From Patescibacteria group bacterium (GTDB lineage Bacteria; Patescibacteriota; Patescibacteriia; XYB2-FULL-38-15), in NCBI GenBank assembly GCA_041653675.1, contig JBAZEY010000006.1, positions 837-64,836 on the forward strand: DNA of 64,000 nucleotides. The letters are read 5' to 3'. The notes under the pieces were generated by a model. That model searched no databases. It saw nothing but the letters and a program-made list of their open reading frames with translations, and was not told where the DNA came from. Every line of letters begins with the position of its first letter. Position 1 is the first letter of the stretch. Both the position numbers and the translations under genes were made by a program. Below, one piece after another: positions 53,824-61,667 of this stretch.

Positions 53824-53888
53824 AAAATAGTAATTAGCAATTTTAAAGATACAAAAAATCAGCCGCGTTTCGGCTGATTTTTATTTTA

Positions 53889-54200
53889 TTATTTTATGCT
53901 CGTCACTTTTACCTCCGTAAACATCTGCCTGTGGCCATTTTTTCGGCGATAACGGACTTTCGGTTTGTATTTGATGATATTTATTTTTCTCGCCCGGCCC
54001 TGTTCCAAAATTTCCGCCGAAACTTTCGCTCCAGAGACGAGAGGTTTTCCGACTTTTATCTCCTTGCCGTCTTCATCGGATAAAAGTAAAACTTCAAAAT
54101 CAAGTTTATCACCGGCATTTCCGGCGACTTTTTCAATCTTTAAAATTTCCCCTTCTTTAACTTTGTATTGTTTTCCACCTGTTTTTATAACTGCAAACAT
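53889..54200 (-). CDS. rplU: 50S ribosomal protein L21
   Basis: MFAVIKTGGKQYKV and GHRQ motifs. Confidence 0.97.
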   Translation of the reverse strand: MFAVIKTGGKQYKVKEGEILKIEKVAGNAGDKLDFEVLLLSDEDGKEIKVGKPLVSGAKVSAEILEQGRARKINIIKYKPKVRYRRKNGHRQMFTEVKVTSIK

Positions 54201-54275
54201 AATCTTCCCTTGAGTATTAAAAAATTAACATTCAAATATTAAACCATCTATCCCAAAAATTGTCAACTTTTAAAC

Positions 54276-54845
54276 TTATCTAATACTCTTAGCTAGCTCC
54301 CTATCAACTGCCCCAATAAAACTTCTAAATCTTTCCAATTCCGGATCGTCCTGAGCTTTTTTCAAATTCTGTCTTATTTCTTCTTGCCTTCCCGCGACAT
54401 CGCCGATGGCATCATCAATATTGCCAATCTCTTTTAAAATAGCCTGAACTTTTTTCATGTCACCTTTATCTTTTGCCGTTTCCAATTGTTTCAAAAACCG
54501 CGCGCTTTCTTTATTAAGTTTATCAACCTTCGGTTTCGCGGCGGCGATCGCTCGACGTAAATCCCCGGCAATCTGCGCGACCGCCTGCTCTTTTTCATCT
54601 ATAAGTTTTTCAAAAAATTCTCGGGCTGGCGAGAGGTGTCCATTTTTTAAAGAGTCAATAATCCCATCTAAATAATCAATTCTTTGCTGCCTTATTTCTT
54701 TGCTTTGTTCATCAAATACTCCAAAATTTTGAGCGCGACGCAACTCATGCTGGAGAAAATTTATCATTTCTTCTTTTTCCTTAAAAAAATCTCGCTCCTC
54801 AATATTTCTTTCCCCCTCCACTTTTGACATATCAATCTCGCGCAT
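54276..54845 (-). CDS. coiled-coil hypothetical protein
   Basis: charged helical 189-aa ORF. Confidence 0.7.
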   Translation of the reverse strand: MREIDMSKVEGERNIEERDFFKEKEEMINFLQHELRRAQNFGVFDEQSKEIRQQRIDYLDGIIDSLKNGHLSPAREFFEKLIDEKEQAVAQIAGDLRRAIAAAKPKVDKLNKESARFLKQLETAKDKGDMKKVQAILKEIGNIDDAIGDVAGRQEEIRQNLKKAQDDPELERFRSFIGAVDRELAKSIR

Positions 54846-54851
54846 ATCTTT

Positions 54852-55292
54852 TTAAATTTTAATATCAACTTTATCCCCTACTTTTATCCCATAATTTTCG
54901 GCAAATCCAGCGTTAACTTCCAAAACATAATTTGCTGGTTCTTTCGGCGTATAGGTTGATAAAAATTCCGCGGCCACGACCGGCAGATTCGGCGCGATGT
55001 CAACCACCACATCATTTTTAATCCAAATAATATCAATAGAAAATTCCATATCTTTCATCCAAAACGCCGGCTGGCCCGGAGTGGCAAACACAAAAAGCAT
55101 GCCATGATTTTCATCCAAACTTTTACGATTACTCAAACCTTTTGACATTTCCGCGGCGTCATCGGCAATCTCCACTTTAACTTTTGCATTATCAATAATT
55201 ACGGAACCATGTTCTTGCGCATATTGGCCTGCTTTTAAAAATCCTGCCGCTGCCAAAATTACAATAAAAATGACTGAGTAAAAACGCTCCAT
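54852..55292 (-). CDS. DUF192 family protein
   Basis: GMLFVF, FWMKDM and VLEVNAG; likely start at 55292. Confidence 0.88.
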   Translation of the reverse strand: MERFYSVIFIVILAAAGFLKAGQYAQEHGSVIIDNAKVKVEIADDAAEMSKGLSNRKSLDENHGMLFVFATPGQPAFWMKDMEFSIDIIWIKNDVVVDIAPNLPVVAAEFLSTYTPKEPANYVLEVNAGFAENYGIKVGDKVDIKI

Positions 55293-55360
55293 ATTTTTAA
55301 AATTAGTATATTTTCTTCTCTTTATAATACCGCAAATTTTTTCTGGTGGCAAGCTAAAAT

Positions 55361-55655
55361 AAAAACCCTGGAGTGAGTGAATAGTCCTCGGATGTCCAGA
55401 CAAATAGAGAGAGATTTATTTGCTGAACGAAGATTATTCACTCGCTTCAGGGTTCAAACATTTTTTGAGACCGCCACTTTTGTGATGTTCTCGAAAAATG
55501 TGGGGAACGAATGATGTGTAGTCACTCGTTCCCCGTGTGTTCGGTTTGTCTAGGCCGAAACCTGAGGGCTACTGCCTCCCTTGGACTCACCACTACGCAG
55601 GTGACGCGTTCCATCGCGGGCGGCGAGCGTTGACCTTGCGGTCAAGCGATAGCGG
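55361..55655 (-). other. long structured 3' trailer and terminator of the GC-rich array
   Basis: hairpins TTGACC-GCAA-GGTCAA, GGGGAACGA...TCGTTCCCC and AACCCTG..GAGTGAATA...TATTCACTC..CAGGGTT followed by T-tract. Confidence 0.55.
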
Positions 55656-55659
55656 CTAT

Positions 55660-55839
55660 CTATCTCACGCCTACCTCCTCCTCTTCACCGAGCAGGAACT
55701 GGACGAACCGGTCCAGCTGCGGTTCATACCGCTGCATGAATCGGACCGTCGCCCGCGGTGCGATCCGGTCGGCGATTCTGACCACGATGACCGCGGAGAC
55801 AAGAATCGCCGTGCTGGCGACCTCCCGTACCACCTTCAC
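55660..55839 (-). CDS. small GC-rich hypothetical protein
   Basis: GGGAGG SD then GTG; one hydrophobic segment. Confidence 0.5.
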   Translation of the reverse strand: MKVVREVASTAILVSAVIVVRIADRIAPRATVRFMQRYEPQLDRFVQFLLGEEEEVGVR

Positions 55840-55853
55840 AATCTTCCTCCCTT

Positions 55854-56048
55854 CTAGCCGCCAAGGACCAGCAAAGAGGCGACAAAAGCGAAGAACAAAC
55901 CGAGCCAGAACACGTGGCCTTCTCCGGCTCCCTCCATCTCGCCGACCACCATAAGCCGGCGACGCTCGAACTTTTTGACTCCTTTCATGATGACGTAGAC
56001 GTCCGCGCCTACCACCAAAATTCCCAGAATCACCCTGGCCGTGGACAA
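55854..56048 (-). CDS. small GC-rich 2-TM membrane protein
   Basis: GAGGAGG SD then TTG; two hydrophobic segments. Confidence 0.5.
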   Translation of the reverse strand: MSTARVILGILVVGADVYVIMKGVKKFERRRLMVVGEMEGAGEGHVFWLGLFFAFVASLLVLGG

Positions 56049-56077
56049 ATTTTCTTGCCTCCTCTTGGTCGGATGAA

Positions 56078-56227
56078 CTAGGAGCAATCCTCGCCGTCGT
56101 CGCCGTCGCAGGCGTCGACCACATCATCGCATCCCGCGTCCGCCTCGCACGGCGGAGAGAGATCGATGAACGTGTTGCTGCAACCGAGCGCGAACATCAC
56201 GAACAGCACCATGAACATCTTTTTCAT
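56078..56227 (-). CDS. 49-aa Cys/Asp-rich lipopeptide, short paralog of the array lipoproteins (absent from the ORF track)
   Basis: MKKMFMVLFVMFALGCSNTFIDLSPPCEADAGCDDVVDACDGDDGEDCS*. Confidence 0.7.
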   Translation of the reverse strand: MKKMFMVLFVMFALGCSNTFIDLSPPCEADAGCDDVVDACDGDDGEDCS

Positions 56228-56304
56228 CTCGTTTCTTTCCCTTCTTTTGCCTCCGCCAAAGGCGGAAAAATTTATGAAATGAACTTTCCTCTCTTCGAGT
56301 TCAC

Positions 56305-56379
56305 CTGTTTACTGTTCGAGCGGAGCGTTAGCGAAGTCGAGAACTTCTCGACTCACTTCGTTCGCTCGAAGAATAACAG
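56305..56379. repeat. REP-like palindrome inserted in the array spacer
   Basis: TTCGAGCG...GTCGAGAA CTTCTCGAC...CGCTCGAA. Confidence 0.7.
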
Positions 56380-56382
56380 ATG

Positions 56383-56542
56383 CCCTCGAAAGAAGGCGGA
56401 ACACATTTTTTAGGTGGGTTCCGCTAAGCTCGTATTTTTTCTTGCTGTCACCTTGCGGTGATTTAGGAAAATTTACGAGCCACCGTCCGAAGGACTCGGA
56501 CGATTTCCGGCATACTTTTGGAAGCCGGCTTATTTTGGAAGG
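56383..56542 (-). repeat. structured intergenic direct repeat, copy 1
   Basis: near-identical to 57735-57895 and 59478-59638. Confidence 0.95.
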
Positions 56543-56547
56543 TGCTA

Positions 56548-57627
56548 CTACGGGCAGTCCTCGTCGACCAGTCCGTCGCAGTTGTCGTCGAGGCCGTTGC
56601 CACACGTGTCGATGGAACCCGGAATGGACCAGATGGTTCCGGGTGGCGACGAATCGCAGGCCAGCTGGAACATCTCACCAGGCGCGTTGCAGGTGATGAC
56701 GCCGAACTCGGTGCAAAGACCTTCGTCGGAGAAGATGACGCAGGTACGACCGAGATCCTCTCGGTAGTCCTCGTCCGTTTCCCCATCGCAGTCGTTGTCG
56801 ATCTCGTCGCAGAGTTCCTGGGCGTCCGGATTGATAGCCGCGTCGCTATCGTCGCAGTCTTCCGCATTGGTAACGTACCCAGGAGGCATATCCTCGGTTG
56901 GACAGTGTGACGAGGTAGCGGTGGGGGTGTCGAATCCGAAGCCGTCGCCGTCTCGATCAAAGTAGATCGGAAAGCGATCGATGGCATCCGCGTCCGTCTC
57001 GCCGTCGCAGTCGTTGTCGAGGCCGTCGCAGATCTCGCCAACGCCGGGATGGACAGCCGGATTGTGATCGTCGCAGTCGTAGTACTCACCCGGCGAAGAA
57101 CCACAGAGCTGATGACCATCGACGTCATCATCACGTCCGACAAGCAAACAGTGATTCATCACACAACGGGAGATGATGCACTCACTGTCGCGAAAACCGC
57201 AGTCATCGGAAGTGACACACTCTGGCGGCGCGCAGGCGGGATCATCGGACGGAACGTGGCGACAGATGCCGCCAACCTCGCAGAGGTCGACCGTGCAGTC
57301 GTCGCCGTCGTCGCAGTCCGCACTCGTCTCACATTCGGTAGTCGGGAGACACACGCACATGTCGCCGGAACAAACGCCGGTTGACATGCCTTCTGCCTGG
57401 CACTCGAAAACGCAATCGGTCGGCACGCAGTCGGACGGCGGCTCGCAGGCCGGATTGTCGGAGGGAACCATGACGCAGGTGCGGTCAATGCCGCAGATGT
57501 CCACCGTGCAGGGGTCGCCGTCGGCGCAGTCCGCGTCCGAAACGCACTCCTGACTCAGATCGAGGAACGTGTTGTTGCAACCGATCGCGAACAGAACCAC
57601 GGACAGAACCATCAACGTATTCTTCAT
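56548..57627 (-). CDS. Cys/Asp-rich lipoprotein with MopE-like putative metal-binding repeats (359 aa)
   Basis: MKNTLMVLSVVLFAIGC signal; DCDD..PAVHPG..EICDGLDNDCDGETD repeats; CDDGDDCTVDLC repeats. Confidence 0.85.
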   Translation of the reverse strand: MKNTLMVLSVVLFAIGCNNTFLDLSQECVSDADCADGDPCTVDICGIDRTCVMVPSDNPACEPPSDCVPTDCVFECQAEGMSTGVCSGDMCVCLPTTECETSADCDDGDDCTVDLCEVGGICRHVPSDDPACAPPECVTSDDCGFRDSECIISRCVMNHCLLVGRDDDVDGHQLCGSSPGEYYDCDDHNPAVHPGVGEICDGLDNDCDGETDADAIDRFPIYFDRDGDGFGFDTPTATSSHCPTEDMPPGYVTNAEDCDDSDAAINPDAQELCDEIDNDCDGETDEDYREDLGRTCVIFSDEGLCTEFGVITCNAPGEMFQLACDSSPPGTIWSIPGSIDTCGNGLDDNCDGLVDEDCP

Positions 57628-57734
57628 CTTCTTCTCTCTTTCCTTCCTTGTTGTAAAGAACTTTGTCCCGGACACGCGAAACATCGCGGCCGAGAAACTT
57701 TCCTCTCTTCGAATTTGCCACGCAACGCGTGGTA

Positions 57735-57895
57735 CCCTCGAAAGAAGGCGGAACACATTTTTTAGGTGGGTTCCGCTAAGCTCGTATTTTTTCTTGCTGT
57801 CACCTTGCGGTGATTTAGGAAAATTTACGAGCCACCGTCCGAAGGACTCGGACGATTTCCGGCATACTTTTGGAAGCCGGCTTGTTTTTGGAAGG
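57735..57895 (-). repeat. structured intergenic direct repeat, copy 2
   Basis: CCCTCGAAAGAAGGCGGAACAC...GAAGCCGGCTTGTTTTTGGAAGG. Confidence 0.95.
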
Positions 57896-57897
57896 AA

Positions 57898-59370
57898 CTA
57901 CTCGGCGATCACGAGCTTCGTGGAGGCGATCATGGGGAGACCCGACAGGAAACAGATCTCATGGCCGACGTCAATGTCGTCCGCGCTCATGATCCCGAAC
58001 TGGAAGATCTCTCCCAATTCGGGATGGTCGGCTCCGAACCCGCTCAGAGAAAGCTCGACGTACGAGATTTCGACTTCCGGCGGCACCGCGATGTTTTCGA
58101 AGACAATCTGATCGCCGGGACTCCCTTCTCCACTGGGTACGATCTTCTCCTTCCGGATCGAAACCCATTCGCCCGAGAACGGAACCCTCCCATGCAGTGT
58201 CAGCCACGCATCCAAGCTGGCATCACCCTGGAGAACCGTGAAGGCAATCCGAGGGATCACGCCTGTTTCAATCTGAACCATGAAGGCGAACTTCGCCACC
58301 GAAACCTCGTAAGTGCTGCTGTCCATCGGTGCGCACCAAGTGTCCTCGGCACACTCGCTCGGTACCACCTGTCCGTACGTAACCCAGTTGACCCACGGAA
58401 ACACGGGCGGACCACTGATGAAGAGCGAGCTGCAGAAATCCGCGGGGTAACGTGGTTCAGTGACGGTTGAAGAACAGGAATGGAAAGGATGGCTGGTGCA
58501 CGCGGGAGCTGGTGGGCAAACGGAATCTTCGTCCGTCTCGCCGTCGCAGTCGTCGTCCGCGCTGTTGCAGACCTCGGTAGTCGGGATGCAGGCAGGCCCA
58601 CAGTCCTCGTCGACCGCCGTGTCGCAATTGTCATCTCGACCGTTGCCGCAGACCTCGTCGGCGCCGGGATGAACATCCGGATCGTGATCGTCGCAATCGT
58701 AGCGTTCGCCTTCCGGCAGACCGCCGCAGAGCGACCGACCGTCGCCATCGTCATCACGTTCGAAAGCGAAGCACGAATTCGCCAAGCAGCGGAAGACGAG
58801 ACACTCGCCGTCGAAGCGAGCGCAATCGGCATCCGTGCGGCACTCGGGTGGTGTCTCACAGGCCGGATGACCGGCGCAACCAGAGTCGGCACAGTCGGCA
58901 CGACCGTCGCGATCGTTGTCTGCGCCATCCGTACACTCGCCGGGCTCGTCACCCTCGTAGTCGTCGACTTCCACATCCGCATCAGCGTCCGCATCGGCAT
59001 CGACGTCCGCGTCAGCATCCGAAGGCGTCTCGCAGGCCGGATGACCGGCGCAACCAGAGTCGGCGCAGTCGAACTGACCGTCACGGTCATTGTCCACGCC
59101 ATCCGTGCATTCTCCGGGCTCGTCGCCCTCGTAGTCGTCGGTACTTGCATCCGCGTCGGCGTCAGCATCGGCATCCCGGTCGTCCACCGGCTCGCAAGCC
59201 GGGTTGTCGGAGGGAACCATGACGCAGGTGCGGTCAATGCCGCAGATGTCCACCGTGCAGGGGTCGCCGTCGGCGCAATCCGTGTCCGACTGGCACTCGC
59301 TGTCGAGGAACGTGTTGTTGCAACCGATCGCGAACAGAACCACGGACAGAACCATCAACGTATTCTTCAT
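57898..59370 (-). CDS. Cys/Asp-rich lipoprotein with DADAD linkers, MopE-like repeats and a unique C-terminal domain (490 aa)
   Basis: same signal and N-terminus as the neighbour; tandem DDYEGDEPGECTDG.DNDRDG..DCADSGCAGHPACETP duplication. Confidence 0.85.
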   Translation of the reverse strand: MKNTLMVLSVVLFAIGCNNTFLDSECQSDTDCADGDPCTVDICGIDRTCVMVPSDNPACEPVDDRDADADADADASTDDYEGDEPGECTDGVDNDRDGQFDCADSGCAGHPACETPSDADADVDADADADADVEVDDYEGDEPGECTDGADNDRDGRADCADSGCAGHPACETPPECRTDADCARFDGECLVFRCLANSCFAFERDDDGDGRSLCGGLPEGERYDCDDHDPDVHPGADEVCGNGRDDNCDTAVDEDCGPACIPTTEVCNSADDDCDGETDEDSVCPPAPACTSHPFHSCSSTVTEPRYPADFCSSLFISGPPVFPWVNWVTYGQVVPSECAEDTWCAPMDSSTYEVSVAKFAFMVQIETGVIPRIAFTVLQGDASLDAWLTLHGRVPFSGEWVSIRKEKIVPSGEGSPGDQIVFENIAVPPEVEISYVELSLSGFGADHPELGEIFQFGIMSADDIDVGHEICFLSGLPMIASTKLVIAE

Positions 59371-59477
59371 CTTCTTCTCTCTTTCCTTCCTTGTTGTAAA
59401 GAACTTTGTCCCGGACACGCGAAACATCGCGGCCGAGAAACTTTCCTCTCTTCGAATTTGCCACGCAACGCGTGGTA

Positions 59478-59638
59478 CCCTCGAAAGAAGGCGGAACACA
59501 TTTTTTAGGTGGGTTCCGCTAAGCTCGTATTTTTTCTTGCTGTCACCTTGCGGTGATTTAGGAAAATTTACGAGCCACCGTCCGAAGGACTCGGACGATT
59601 TCCGGCATACTTTTGGAAGCCGGCTTGTTTTTGGAAGG
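59478..59638 (-). repeat. structured intergenic direct repeat, copy 3
   Basis: essentially identical to copy 2. Confidence 0.95.
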
Positions 59639-59640
59639 GA

Positions 59641-60123
59641 CTAGAGCGTGATGACGCCGTCGTGACCGTACATCATGACCATCGCCATTGCGCCGTTCTT
59701 CATCACGAGGCCTCCGAGGCCTCGCACCAGCTCCCGCGCTTCCCTTCCGGTTGCGTCATCGGGAGTGGTGGTGCAAAGAGCGACATCGTCGTAGGGATAG
59801 CCGAGCTCGTCGCGGAGCCGCTGCCGCGCTTCGTCCTCCGAGGAGGACGAAGCGATGATGTGTCTCGCGGCGACTTCGATCTCGGCGTCGGTCATGTCGG
59901 GGTAGGACTTGCACTGCACCACGGCGGCTCCGACCAAACCGATGAGCTTGGTGTGCTGGGCCGCACGAATCACGGAGTTGGCGAGCGCCAAGGCCTTGCA
60001 AGGGTTGCGTTCACCCACGAAGGACATGGAGGGGTTGTGACCCCTCGAACGCTGCCATGCAGCGTGCGCCACGACCTGCTCGGCAGAGCCTTCGGGCCAG
60101 CCGAGAACACCAGACTTCTGCAT
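59641..60123 (-). CDS. GC-rich hypothetical protein, first gene of the array
   Basis: purine-rich RBS GAAGGGAAGGAAGAG before ATG; stop abuts repeat copy 3. Confidence 0.65.
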   Translation of the reverse strand: MQKSGVLGWPEGSAEQVVAHAAWQRSRGHNPSMSFVGERNPCKALALANSVIRAAQHTKLIGLVGAAVVQCKSYPDMTDAEIEVAARHIIASSSSEDEARQRLRDELGYPYDDVALCTTTPDDATGREARELVRGLGGLVMKNGAMAMVMMYGHDGVITL

Positions 60124-60280
60124 CTCTTCCTTCCCTTCTTTCGTCCCGCGATTCTGCGGGAAGTCAACGAACTCTTGTTCCCTCTCCGCACCATGCGGTT
60201 TAGGAAATCTTTCGGACAGAAACTTGCGCTTCTGCCCTGGCTTGAATCGGCGAATCTTCGTCGCCTCAAGTCATTTGGAC

Positions 60281-60310
60281 AAACAAAAACGGGCGGAGAG
60301 AATCCGCCCG
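60281..60310 (-). terminator. intrinsic terminator inside the 5' leader of the array
   Basis: CGGGCGGA-TTCTC-TCCGCCCG-TTTTTGTTT. Confidence 0.65.
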
Positions 60311-60402
60311 AAATTAAATTATTTGTACAAATAATTTAGGGTGGTTTTCCCGCCACTTTGGCGAGTCTCTCTCAAACCGACCTATTTCATTGTCAACAAA
60401 TT

Positions 60403-60431
60403 AGTATACCATAAAAACAACAATCTGTCAA
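60403..60431 (-). promoter_or_regulatory. near-consensus sigma70 promoter upstream of the array
   Basis: TTGACA-17 bp-TATACT with extended TG. Confidence 0.7.
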
Positions 60432-60488
60432 GAGCCTTTGACAGATTTTAGATGATATTTTGGCTAATTTTAGATAAAATATATTATG

Positions 60489-60554
60489 GCCTGAGCTTGT
60501 CGAAGGCCCCTTTTGATAAACCCTTCGACTTCGCGCTACGCGCTCCGCTCAGGG
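60489..60554. repeat. REP-like palindromic element
   Basis: GCCTGAGCTTGTCGAAGG...CCTTCGAC...GCTCAGGG. Confidence 0.75.
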
Positions 60555-60565
60555 AATAAAATAAA

Positions 60566-61660
60566 CTACTCCCCTATTTTCTGCTCATTTTGATGCCCCT
60601 TCACCAAAACCCCAATCCAGAGTAAACCCAAAACCGCCAAAATTCCAAGAGCAAATAACTTTCCTTCTGATTTTAAAATTAGGGTTGAAGTGCCAAAAGC
60701 CAGGGTGACAAAATACAAAGAAAGCACGGCTTGGCGCTGGGTCATGCCGGCGTCCAAAAGCCTAAAATGTAAATGTTTTTGGTCAGCTAAAACCAGACTT
60801 TTTGGTCTGTTCCAAAGCCGCCGCAAAATAACAATCGCCGCGTCCAAAATCGGCAAACCCATAATCAAAAGTGTGGTCGCTATTTTACCGCCGGCAATAA
60901 TGGACAAAACTCCCAAAATAAAACCGGTAAACAAACTTCCGCCCTCGCCCAAAAAAATCTTCGCCGGATTAAAATTCCAAACCAAAAATCCCGCGCAGGC
61001 ACCGGCAAAAATTATCGAAAGCATCGCTGTCCCCGGCTGGGCGACTTCGGCCATTAAACTGACGAAAAAAATTATCACCGCGCCGATTGTTGAAACTCCA
61101 GAAACCAAACCGTCTAAACCGTCTAAAAATTTTGTCGTGTACATCATTCCCATTAACCAGAGAAATGTGAAAAGGTCGGCGAGGATCGTAATTTTGTAAG
61201 GAATGCCCTGCCACCAAAAAATAATTTTTTGCCAGGAATCAAGGTGCAACAGTCCGCCGAAAGGATTTGTAATTTGGCTGATACCCACACCACTTACAAT
61301 TACGACCGCCGTGGCGAGCACTGGCCAGATAATTTGATATTTTGGCGCCAATTTATATTTATCATCCAAAAATCCGCCGATCATTAAGAGCGCGCCGCCC
61401 AAAAATACGCCGATTAAATTTTTCGCAAAAATTTCCGTGCCCAAAATTTTATCCGTAAAAAAAACGTAATAAGCTAAAACTCCGAAAAAAGATAAAAAAA
61501 TCGCGAAGCCTCCGAGAAGCGGCATTGGCTTTTTATGAATTTTCCTCGGTTCAGTCGGCTCGTCAACAATTTTGTATTTCAAAGCCAACCGACGGACAAG
61601 CCCGGTCAAAAAAACCGCCAACAAAAAAGTGACGATGAAGGAAAAAAAATACATGAGCAT
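60566..61660 (-). CDS. WecA/TagO/MraY-family undecaprenyl-phosphate sugar-1-phosphate transferase
   Basis: RKIH..P.PLLGG, GFLDD, LDGLDGL, NFNPAKIFLGE and HLH motifs. Confidence 0.9.
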   Translation of the reverse strand: MLMYFFSFIVTFLLAVFLTGLVRRLALKYKIVDEPTEPRKIHKKPMPLLGGFAIFLSFFGVLAYYVFFTDKILGTEIFAKNLIGVFLGGALLMIGGFLDDKYKLAPKYQIIWPVLATAVVIVSGVGISQITNPFGGLLHLDSWQKIIFWWQGIPYKITILADLFTFLWLMGMMYTTKFLDGLDGLVSGVSTIGAVIIFFVSLMAEVAQPGTAMLSIIFAGACAGFLVWNFNPAKIFLGEGGSLFTGFILGVLSIIAGGKIATTLLIMGLPILDAAIVILRRLWNRPKSLVLADQKHLHFRLLDAGMTQRQAVLSLYFVTLAFGTSTLILKSEGKLFALGILAVLGLLWIGVLVKGHQNEQKIGE

Positions 61661-61667
61661 TTTAACT

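Noticed and set aside
57628-57756. Upstream starts of ORFs 56548..57756 and 57898..59499 (MFRLLSR...)
   Set aside because: The extension runs through the structured repeat; the RBS and signal peptide point to ATG at 57627 and 59370
57440-59370. Diversity-generating retroelement TR/VR pair
   Set aside because: No reverse transcriptase; the duplicated part is N-terminal and the differences are not adenine-specific
56383-59638. CRISPR array
   Set aside because: Repeats are ~160 bp, the intervening sequences are whole genes over 1 kb, and there are no cas genes
55660-60123. Integron cassette array
   Set aside because: No integrase in the window; the repeat is a chain of short hairpins rather than one attC stem with clear RYYYAAC/GTTRRRY ends
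56309-60339. Long alternative-frame and antisense ORFs (e.g. 58257..59237, 58480..59508, 56463..57143)
   Set aside because: Expected shadows of GC-rich repetitive coding sequence
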